The position numbers were made by a program, and so were the translations under genes. Of a DNA stretch of 32,803 nucleotides, positions 1-7,262 are shown piece by piece. Source of the stretch: a virus (taxonomy: Duplodnaviria; Caudoviricetes); IMG/VR virus record IMGVR_UViG_3300037781_000204, positions 1-32,803 of that record; one strand, given 5' to 3'. Numbering within the stretch: the first letter of the stretch is position 1; each line of letters opens with the position of its first letter. The notes under the pieces were generated by a model that was not told the DNA's origin, made no database searches, and was given only the letters and a program-made list of their open reading frames with translations.

Positions 1-252
1 ATGGGAACAAAAAAAAATATAAAAGGAATTAATTTCAAGCGAAATCCATACCGTGGCATCTTCAGAGAATTAGCTGAAGAACTATATCCTGACAAATCTC
101 CTGAAGACCAGATGGTAGTAAGAATATTCAGAAAGTATAAGAAAGGAAATCCTGAGATAACAAAAAAAGTTATTGAAAAGTGCAATGAGCGAGAAGCTCT
201 ATATATGGAGCTTAGAAAAAGAAAACCAATCTACGACAAGGTCGAGGCTTAA
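1..252 (+). CDS. Small basic putative DNA-binding protein (Ner/Cro position)
   Basis: 83 aa, Lys/Arg-rich, HTH-like segment RGIFRELAEEL...QMVVRIFRK; lies upstream of the transposase where Mu has ner. Confidence 0.45.
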   Translation: MGTKKNIKGINFKRNPYRGIFRELAEELYPDKSPEDQMVVRIFRKYKKGNPEITKKVIEKCNEREALYMELRKRKPIYDKVEA

Positions 253-253
253 G

Positions 254-595
254 ATGTCTGGAAATAAAAGAAAATCCAAAGTAGACCCGCGATTTCATTC
301 GATGGATTTTGAAAATCCAATTGTTAAAGACGCAATCAGCAGAATGAAAATTAAGTCAAGAAACCATCTTTTAGGCTACAGGTCAATAAGTATTGAAGAA
401 GTAAAGAAAGGTTACAACAATGATGACCCTGAGATCTATTGGAATTTGATGAAGAAAATAGTAGAAGTAACAGATGAAATGTGTGAGAAGTCAAAGGTAA
501 GGAATCACAAAAAGCTTGAAGGTTACAGTCTCAACAAATACTTAGACGAAAACAAGGAATATTATAATTATTGGGAAACTAATAAAAAGAATTAA
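254..595 (+). CDS. Hypothetical early protein
   Basis: ORF 173..595; likelier start is ATG 254, just after the upstream stop and preceded by GAGG (244-247). Ends 2 nt before the transposase ATG. Confidence 0.6.
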   Translation: MSGNKRKSKVDPRFHSMDFENPIVKDAISRMKIKSRNHLLGYRSISIEEVKKGYNNDDPEIYWNLMKKIVEVTDEMCEKSKVRNHKKLEGYSLNKYLDENKEYYNYWETNKKN

Positions 596-597
596 CC

Positions 598-2547
598 ATG
601 CAACAACTACTTACAACACATGAAATAGCAAAAATAACAGGAAAGAGCTTACGAGCTGTGCAATCTCATAGTCAGCTTGATAAGTATCTCGAATGTTATG
701 GTGAAAAAGAAGGACCTGGCAGACCGCCAAAATTATTTAAACCTGAAGTTCTTTCACTATGGAATAAGTATCACGTGCAAAATGACATCTCAAAAAAAGA
801 AATTCAAAAAGAGCAAAGACGCGCTGATTATATGGTGCCTCGTAATATGGACCCTGTACTATGGCAAACAGCTATTAGACACACTAGAGAAAACTTCCTA
901 TCTATGCCAGTTAAAAATCTGAAAGAAGCCGTCAGACAAACAGTTACTACTGCAGCATTCTACGGCTACGAAGTAGATGGTCAGTACATATATAATAAGC
1001 TCAAGAGAAATAAATCAAAAACTTCGAATTATAGATCTCCATTCTATTCTGAAAACTGGAATATGATTCACGACACTAAGTACAAAGTCAAAGACAATGC
1101 ACTCAACAATCATGCTTTCAACAGATACAATCTATTTGGAGTTTTCCGAAGTGCCGGTTTACTAGGTAAAGGCTACGGTAGCCGTAGAGTTATAGTTGTC
1201 GATGATTTCAAGCGTGACGTGTGGGTCGAAGACGAAGGTGAAATGAAAATGCAGTGGGGCCTTCTCTTTATTGATGGTATCACTAACTATCCATTGGCTT
1301 GTATTCCTACTGATAGTATCAATACTGATACTGTAGCTTATGGAATCCTAAAAACGGCATTTGAACATGGGATTCATGAAGATACGGTTTGGGTATTCGA
1401 AACATCCCATGCTATGAAGAATAACAATGTTCGCTCTCTTATCAAATCGTTCTATAGCAAAGAGCAATTAGAAGCGTTCAAATCTCCTAATCATTGGGTC
1501 AAGCAATTGTTCCCTGGTCAGACTGGACCGTATGTCAATTCGCCTGCTATGATCGCGCAATCTATTTTCAAATCGAAAGTAGAAAGAAGTATTAAAAATT
1601 TCAAAGACGGGTTCGATGCTGTTTATAATCCTACTACCTACCAAGGTCGTGATAGAGATGAAGGCGTGCAGCTATCACTAAAGGGCAATCCTCTCGATGT
1701 TTTAGCTATGTCTAAACCTGGTGTCGGAATGGGGGAAGTTCATACTACAGATAGAAAGCTAGAAGCTAAAACCTTTTATTCCGAAAGGCTATTGCCTGCT
1801 GAAGCATTTTGGGCCCGTTTTGAAAATTGGGTTTGGGGAAAATACATACAAATATCTAGAAGGGATATGTACAAAGACTTCAAACAGATGTTTAACTTTC
1901 CTCATAGCCCATCAATTCTAGAAGTACATAACTACTTCACTTCAGAAAATGATGGTAGTTTTATACCGGATATGGAAGACATTCAGCGCTTTGCTTATGT
2001 CCTTTACTATGCACAATCTTATAGACATAAATATACTGTTAAGATTAAGAGAATTGGACAGTACACTACGACTATTAACAACAATGAGTACCACCTAAGA
2101 AGCCGTGAACTCAATGAATCACATGTCGGATTAAGAGTGTGTACTATTCCAATAAACAAAGATTTGTCTGATTTCATAGTGATGGATGTTACCAGACCTG
2201 AAGACCCTGAATTTATTTGCATCGCTCACGATGTTACGGTAAGACGATTAGAAGACGTAAGACCGGCACAGATTGAAGCTCAGCAAATGAGAGAAGAAAA
2301 CACTAGAAGACTAAGAGAAATAGCTGATTCTAATTTCAAAGATTTAGGTGACGATTTCCACTACGACTCACACAAGCCACAAGCTGCTGAATGGGTTGAT
2401 GAAATCGGATCTAGACAAAGCAAGCTTATCGGAAACCAAAACAATGATGAAGAAGAAATTGAAGAAGTACAAGATGTAGAAGAAGTACAATTCAAATCGA
2501 AAGCAATAAAAGACATGATAGAAAAATTTGATTTAGACGATTTTTAA
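598..2547 (+). CDS. MuA/TnsB-like transposase (RNase H fold)
   Basis: N-terminal HTH (LLTTHEIAKITGKSLRAVQ), RRADxxxPR linker, core VIVVDD...LLFIDGITNYPLA...FEHG...WVFETS...KSKVERS with acidic residues D202/E268/E329, C-terminal beta-rich domain; Mu-like neighbours. Confidence 0.85.
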   Translation: MQQLLTTHEIAKITGKSLRAVQSHSQLDKYLECYGEKEGPGRPPKLFKPEVLSLWNKYHVQNDISKKEIQKEQRRADYMVPRNMDPVLWQTAIRHTRENFLSMPVKNLKEAVRQTVTTAAFYGYEVDGQYIYNKLKRNKSKTSNYRSPFYSENWNMIHDTKYKVKDNALNNHAFNRYNLFGVFRSAGLLGKGYGSRRVIVVDDFKRDVWVEDEGEMKMQWGLLFIDGITNYPLACIPTDSINTDTVAYGILKTAFEHGIHEDTVWVFETSHAMKNNNVRSLIKSFYSKEQLEAFKSPNHWVKQLFPGQTGPYVNSPAMIAQSIFKSKVERSIKNFKDGFDAVYNPTTYQGRDRDEGVQLSLKGNPLDVLAMSKPGVGMGEVHTTDRKLEAKTFYSERLLPAEAFWARFENWVWGKYIQISRRDMYKDFKQMFNFPHSPSILEVHNYFTSENDGSFIPDMEDIQRFAYVLYYAQSYRHKYTVKIKRIGQYTTTINNNEYHLRSRELNESHVGLRVCTIPINKDLSDFIVMDVTRPEDPEFICIAHDVTVRRLEDVRPAQIEAQQMREENTRRLREIADSNFKDLGDDFHYDSHKPQAAEWVDEIGSRQSKLIGNQNNDEEEIEEVQDVEEVQFKSKAIKDMIEKFDLDDF

Positions 2548-2575
2548 TAACCAATATATGAGGATATACCCATGG
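2548..2575 (+). repeat. Duplicated leader/RBS, copy 1
   Basis: TAACCAATATATGAGGATATACCCATGG, closely similar to 3017-3046. Confidence 0.7.
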
Positions 2576-2826
2576 ATACGCTACAATCACGAACACAACA
2601 AGACATAGAATTATCACTGAAAATAAAGGAACTGATAGGTAATGAGCTTATCAATGATCTAGAGGAGAAAAAGAAGATTTCAGAAGATGAGAAGCAGGAC
2701 TTACTAAAAATGCTGAATGAAAGCAATGAGCTAATTAGACAAACTGCGCAACTCGAAACAGATTTCTTTGACTTGATAGATTCTTATGTAAAAAGAGAGA
2801 CTGAGGAAGAAAATGTCGGAACATAA
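2572..2826 (+). CDS. Small helical protein with SHOCT-like motif
   Basis: GAGGA RBS; motif LEEKKKISEDEKQDLLKML; similar to the 3043 protein. Confidence 0.6.
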   Translation: MDTLQSRTQQDIELSLKIKELIGNELINDLEEKKKISEDEKQDLLKMLNESNELIRQTAQLETDFFDLIDSYVKRETEEENVGT

Positions 2827-3010
2827 TGAACAAACAAAAAAGCTTCAATTCTTAATAGAAAAGAAAGTTCTGACACCACTTGAGAGGAAGCAAATCAAGA
2901 ACAAATACAAGGCAATTCAGGACTTTAGAAACAAAGCTCAGAAATGCAGTGATGATATAGATGAGACCCTGAGCTTTGCAATGGTCAGATACCAACGAAA
3001 ACAAAACTAA
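2813..3010 (+). CDS. Small helical protein with SHOCT-like motif
   Basis: GAGGA RBS, overlaps upstream gene; motif LQFLIEKKVLTPLERKQIK. Confidence 0.55.
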   Translation: MSEHNEQTKKLQFLIEKKVLTPLERKQIKNKYKAIQDFRNKAQKCSDDIDETLSFAMVRYQRKQN

Positions 3011-3016
3011 ATTTTT

Positions 3017-3046
3017 TAACCAATTATAAGAGGATTATACAAATGG
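3017..3046 (+). repeat. Duplicated leader/RBS, copy 2
   Basis: TAACCAATTATAAGAGGATTATACAAATGG, closely similar to 2548-2575. Confidence 0.7.
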
Positions 3047-3411
3047 GATTACTAATACCAAAACAGAACCAATCTATTGACAAAAGAAAGTCAATAGCAA
3101 ATGAACTTGGGCGATTAGTCGATGAAGGTAAAATCGATGAAAGTAGCTACAATCACTTCATGTCCAAACTTAATGAAGCTGGTGAGCTTACCTTAGCTAT
3201 GCAGGAAGTGAACAAAAGAGAGCAAAAAGTAAAGGACAAATTGAGGAAGTCTGACGAATATCAAGAAAAAAGAAAAGTATCTCAGATGAAAAAATATGTC
3301 AAAGCACAACAAGAGAAAAACCTAGATGAGACTTACGGCGCTCTAGAGCTTATCACTACTCAATTAGGCGGTTCCGATGGCAAAAATTTAAAGAAATTAC
3401 TAACGAGTTAG
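3043..3411 (+). CDS. SHOCT-like motif plus coiled-coil protein
   Basis: GAGGA RBS; ELGRLVDEGKIDESSY motif followed by a charged helix. Confidence 0.6.
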   Translation: MGLLIPKQNQSIDKRKSIANELGRLVDEGKIDESSYNHFMSKLNEAGELTLAMQEVNKREQKVKDKLRKSDEYQEKRKVSQMKKYVKAQQEKNLDETYGALELITTQLGGSDGKNLKKLLTS

Positions 3412-3422
3412 GAGGCTATGTA

Positions 3423-3707
3423 ATGCACGATTACAAAAGACCTATACAGAAATTAGAACTAGATATCAGCTATTTCAAAAGGCAGTTAGCTAGCGCAAAA
3501 CTGCAGCAGAAAATGGCAAAGTCCAGTGGTGCTAAAATGCTTGCTCAGAGATTGAATACTCGAATTCAATATTTCTGTAATAGAATATCAGCATCTGAGA
3601 AAGAAGTAAAGCGACTAAAAGCTCTTTACAATATGAATGCTGAGGATCAAGCGGTCGCAAGATTAATACCAGCTAATGAATTTAAAGCGGAGGCTTCTCA
3701 TGCATAA
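3423..3707 (+). CDS. Basic coiled-coil hypothetical protein
   Basis: AGGAGG RBS; two similar helices (ISYFKRQLASA / IQYFCNRISAS). Confidence 0.7.
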   Translation: MHDYKRPIQKLELDISYFKRQLASAKLQQKMAKSSGAKMLAQRLNTRIQYFCNRISASEKEVKRLKALYNMNAEDQAVARLIPANEFKAEASHA

Positions 3708-4095
3708 TTTAACATGCGAAATAATATACGATCACTTGACTATTGATCAGCTCTATAGACTTGGTATTCTGCTAGCATCTTATGATATGCTTTCTCAACA
3801 GATTGCACTCAGAAATCACATAGATAAGAAATACGGTGTTATCTCTACAGATTACATGCAAAGAATTATTGAATGTGAAAACCTAGGTAAGAAATACCCA
3901 AAAGCTTTAAGAAGAGTATTGGATGTTCCAAACATTTCAAAGGATGTATTGAAGCTGTGTTCTATACTGCCAGTGGATATGTTCTACGAAGTACAACAAG
4001 CTTTAATCAAAGATGATGAAGTGACATTTGACACTTTCGGTGAGCTTGTAAAAATTAAAGAAGGATTTAACAAATTAACCAGGAGTCTAGTTTAA
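3700..4095 (+). CDS. Hypothetical early protein
   Basis: ORF 3676..4095; GGAGG at 3689-3693 favours ATG 3700. Confidence 0.7.
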   Translation: MHNLTCEIIYDHLTIDQLYRLGILLASYDMLSQQIALRNHIDKKYGVISTDYMQRIIECENLGKKYPKALRRVLDVPNISKDVLKLCSILPVDMFYEVQQALIKDDEVTFDTFGELVKIKEGFNKLTRSLV

Positions 4096-4097
4096 TC

Positions 4098-4682
4098 ATG
4101 GACAAAGCTCAACTACGAAAGCAAATATTTCTTACATGTCTGTCTAATTGCCATTACGACAAAGACAGAGCAAGAGCTATGCGCGAAGATATTTCTTATA
4201 AAATGTTCAGCAAATCTGAAGCCGAATTAACTGATAAACAATTGGAAGATTTACTTCATTTCCTACGCTTTGGTGAAAAACGCTGCACTAAAAAGCAAGA
4301 AAATACAGTTCGTGGCTATGCTTTCGAGTTCGCTATCTACTACCATGATTACGCAAATTTAAGAGTAGTCAACAAAGTTGGTGAAGTTATGAATCCCAAC
4401 GATGTTAAAACGATGATCCAGGAGTTATACAAAAACGGCTCTTATCGTGATGTTCCAGGCAAGTTCAAAGTAGCTCTTATGAAAGAGACTGCTAATCCAA
4501 AATGCAATCAATTGTTGCAAGAAGCCGATTATCGCGATGAAGCCAAAAAACCGAACGTTTTCTACTACGATAAAATGTCAGCAAGTGAAGCTGATTATCT
4601 GATCCGAAGATTCATGAAATTATTGTCTGAAGTAAAGATACATCATCCACTTGGTTTCGAAAAACAAATATCAAATAACTAA
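4098..4682 (+). CDS. GemA/Mu gp16 (DUF1018)-like regulator
   Basis: N-terminal pattern KQIF...YDKDRARAM...SKSEAELTDKQLEDLLHFL and a late MSASEADYLI motif resemble GemA-type proteins; adjacent to gam-like gene. Confidence 0.55.
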   Translation: MDKAQLRKQIFLTCLSNCHYDKDRARAMREDISYKMFSKSEAELTDKQLEDLLHFLRFGEKRCTKKQENTVRGYAFEFAIYYHDYANLRVVNKVGEVMNPNDVKTMIQELYKNGSYRDVPGKFKVALMKETANPKCNQLLQEADYRDEAKKPNVFYYDKMSASEADYLIRRFMKLLSEVKIHHPLGFEKQISNN

Positions 4683-4698
4683 CATAACTGGAATCATT

Positions 4699-5187
4699 AT
4701 GAAAATCAAAACAATGAAAAAATTCAACGAAAGTAGCGGCTACTATGCCGAGTTGAAAGCAAAAAAAGACAAGAAAGATGCTGAGTTCAAAGAAAAAATT
4801 GAGGCGATGAAAAAGAATTTCATCAAAGAGAACGAGTTAGACAATGCGCAAATTAAGAAGCTAGAGGAGGCTCTTTTAGATTTTGCTATAGAAAACGATG
4901 AAACACTCTTTGAAGGAAAGAAAAGCTTTAAAAACGAATTTGTGACGGTTTCTAAGCGTGCTTCATCATCGCTTGATGTAATCGAAGGAAATACTGAAGA
5001 ACTCACTATCGAAAAAATCAGAAATGACTTCCCAGTTTACGCTGATAGATTTATCAAAGTAACTGAGAAGGTTGACAAATCAACTATCAAATCTGCTATC
5101 AAATCAAAGGAAATTGATTACGATACATTAGAAGATCTAGGTTTGGTAGTAACTGAAGCTGAAGGTGTAACACTAAAAGTAAACTAG
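4699..5187 (+). CDS. gam: Mu Gam-like host-nuclease inhibitor (DNA end-binding)
   Basis: N-terminal coiled coil, LEEALLDFAIENDETLFEGKKSF...VSKR, FIKVTEKVDKSTIK and LGLVV, typical of the Mu Gam family; start reassigned to ATG 4699. Confidence 0.8.
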   Translation: MKIKTMKKFNESSGYYAELKAKKDKKDAEFKEKIEAMKKNFIKENELDNAQIKKLEEALLDFAIENDETLFEGKKSFKNEFVTVSKRASSSLDVIEGNTEELTIEKIRNDFPVYADRFIKVTEKVDKSTIKSAIKSKEIDYDTLEDLGLVVTEAEGVTLKVN

Positions 5188-5198
5188 CATAATCGGAA

Positions 5199-5232
5199 AG
5201 TGGAAGCCAGCAGCATACGGCTTCCACTCTCT
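5199..5232 (+). terminator. Stem-loop after gam (weak terminator or mRNA-stabilising hairpin)
   Basis: Perfect 10-bp stem AGTGGAAGCC/GGCTTCCACT with 10-nt loop; only a poor U tract follows. Confidence 0.55.
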
Positions 5233-5252
5233 TAAAACAAAGGAAATTACAA

Positions 5253-6266
5253 ATGAAAAAAATAGAATTAATTGAAATAGATTTAGAAAATGACTTAATC
5301 CTTCCACACCCAAAACAACATGAGCTTTATGGTGAAGAAGTTCTAGATGAGGATTTTGTAGAATCAATCAAACTGCAGGGAGTTTTGCAACCTCCGGTTG
5401 TAACCTATTTCAAAGATGTTAAAGACGGATTTGAAAACCACGACTATCCAAAAGATGCAATTGTTTTCATCTCAGGTCACAGACGTTGGAAAGGTTCTTT
5501 AAAAGCAGGAAGAGTAAAGCTTTATTGTGAACTGAAAAGGTATGGGAACTACTTCGATTCTGAGGTTGATCATATTACTTACAACAAACAAAGAAAGAAA
5601 TCAAAGGCTCAAATTGCTAAAGAATTATTAGCGTACAAGCAAAAATTAGACCAAGTTCGTAAGGTATTAGAAATTGAAGGGGTTGAAGGTGTTAAAAATT
5701 TCAACTCGTTTGATTTTCTCAAGCACGTGAAATACGATGAAAACGGGAAGCCATATTTACCTTATGCAACAGAAATGATTGAAAAGGATCTAGGTATTTC
5801 TAAAAAACATCAAGAGCAGTTGAATGTAATTTTCTCTGATGAATGGCTACAGAGTAAAATTGAAGACATACATTTTTCAAAACTTTCAGCAAGAAAGAAA
5901 AAAGAAGCTACTGAAAAATTTAGTGGTCTAGTAGAATCAGCGCGAACTGAAGTTGATAAGCGTGATGGTTTGTCAATAAATAGAATTCACAGTGAAATTA
6001 TGCGTGTCTGGAATGATATTGATTCAGTAATAAATCCAAAGCCAAAAGAGAAAGCCAAAAAGAAAAAAAGCCATACTAAAAAATGGGTAAAAGCAAAAGA
6101 TTTTGCTAATAGTATAGAAGTTTCTGAACTCGAAGTTGATAGTCCGGAGGCACACATTACTATTGGTGAAGAAACAAAAAACATAGTCTTTTTGAAAGGT
6201 GGTGATAATGCAGTTGTTGTCAACACTAAACAATTACTAAAATTCCTAAAAGAACAAGGTGTGTAA
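5253..6266 (+). CDS. ParB/Srx N-terminal domain protein
   Basis: LPHPKQ...FVESIKLQGVLQPPVV...ISGHRRW (ParB box motifs with GxRR); later HTH-like segment EMIEKDLGISKKH. Confidence 0.85.
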   Translation: MKKIELIEIDLENDLILPHPKQHELYGEEVLDEDFVESIKLQGVLQPPVVTYFKDVKDGFENHDYPKDAIVFISGHRRWKGSLKAGRVKLYCELKRYGNYFDSEVDHITYNKQRKKSKAQIAKELLAYKQKLDQVRKVLEIEGVEGVKNFNSFDFLKHVKYDENGKPYLPYATEMIEKDLGISKKHQEQLNVIFSDEWLQSKIEDIHFSKLSARKKKEATEKFSGLVESARTEVDKRDGLSINRIHSEIMRVWNDIDSVINPKPKEKAKKKKSHTKKWVKAKDFANSIEVSELEVDSPEAHITIGEETKNIVFLKGGDNAVVVNTKQLLKFLKEQGV

Positions 6267-6267
6267 A

Positions 6268-6543
6268 ATGGAATGTCCAAGATGTGGGAATACAGGTTTT
6301 CATACTTACGACACCAAAAATATAGGTGGTGGTAAAGTGAGAATTCGGAAGTGTGTCGGAACAGAGGAATCAAGAGGCTGCGGTTTAGCATTCAGAACGC
6401 ATGAGTCAATTATACAAGTTGAGGTTTTTAATCCAAATACATTAAAAACAGAAAAAGTGGACTTGACAAAGTACAAAAAAGACCATCTAGATAATGAACT
6501 CAAAGGAATGTCAGGATTTCAGCAAAGAATGTTTAGAGAATAA
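6268..6543 (+). CDS. Zn-ribbon protein (NrdR-N/Ogr-Delta-like), candidate transcription regulator
   Basis: MECPRCG...YDTK...RIRKC...GCGLAFRTHE follows the CPxCG...RxRxC..CG.xFxTxE pattern. Confidence 0.7.
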   Translation: MECPRCGNTGFHTYDTKNIGGGKVRIRKCVGTEESRGCGLAFRTHESIIQVEVFNPNTLKTEKVDLTKYKKDHLDNELKGMSGFQQRMFRE

Positions 6544-6548
6544 CGCAA

Positions 6549-7262
6549 ATGTCAAAAAACTACGAAAAAATATTAAAACAATTAGAAAGAAAGCTTACTA
6601 GGTTAATCAAATCTATGCTTAAAAGTGGTGCTAGTGAAGCTGCTATTAAAAGAGCTGCCAAAAAACTAATAAAGCAGTTCAATCCATACTCTAGATTGTC
6701 AAAACAATTCGAAAAAGATGCACTCAAAGTAGCAGAAAATGCTTTTTCTGAGACTTCTAAGAGGTTGTTTTGGATTCAGCAGCACAATAGACCAAAATTG
6801 AGCAAAAAAGCCCTTAAAACGCTAATTGTTGTCAATAATCAGTTTGCTCTAATGCAGAATAAAATCAATAAATCAGTTGTCTCTCTTGTTGAGAAGGCAA
6901 TCAAAGAAGATATTTCATCTAGTGAGTTGTCTAAACTAATTGCTGAAGCTGTAGGAGGCGGTAAATACAGAGCAAACACTATAGCTAATACTGCTTTGCA
7001 GGGATATTCAGCAGCTAACACTTTAGAAATGGCTAAAAATGCTGGTGTTAAGAAATATAAGTATTCTGGACCACCGGCGCAAAGGCAATTTTGCAAATCT
7101 AGACTAGGTAAGGTTTACACTTACGATCAAATACAAAATATGGACAATGAGCAAGGTTTGTCAGTGCTATACTTTGGCGGTGGTTACAACTGCCCTCACT
7201 TTTGGGAACCTGTTATTGATGATGAACTGATTTCCGAACTCAAATCTGAAGGTAAGATATGA
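6549..7262 (+). CDS. MuF/SPP1 gp7-like minor head (head morphogenesis) protein
   Basis: RANTIANTA, AGVKKYKYSGP...RQFC and GGYNCPHFWEPV motifs typical of MuF/minor capsid proteins. Confidence 0.75.
   Translation: MSKNYEKILKQLERKLTRLIKSMLKSGASEAAIKRAAKKLIKQFNPYSRLSKQFEKDALKVAENAFSETSKRLFWIQQHNRPKLSKKALKTLIVVNNQFALMQNKINKSVVSLVEKAIKEDISSSELSKLIAEAVGGGKYRANTIANTALQGYSAANTLEMAKNAGVKKYKYSGPPAQRQFCKSRLGKVYTYDQIQNMDNEQGLSVLYFGGGYNCPHFWEPVIDDELISELKSEGKI

Noticed and set aside
767-782. parS-like 16-mer AGTATCACGTGCAAAA (and CACGTGAAA near 5724 inside the parB-like gene)
   Set aside because: Only 12/16 match to TGTTTCACGTGAAACA, imperfect symmetry, inside coding sequence; compatible with chance.
2572-4095. 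Fragmented muB pseudogene
   Set aside because: The ORFs have their own strong RBSs and tight coupling, and no Walker A/B remnants are visible.
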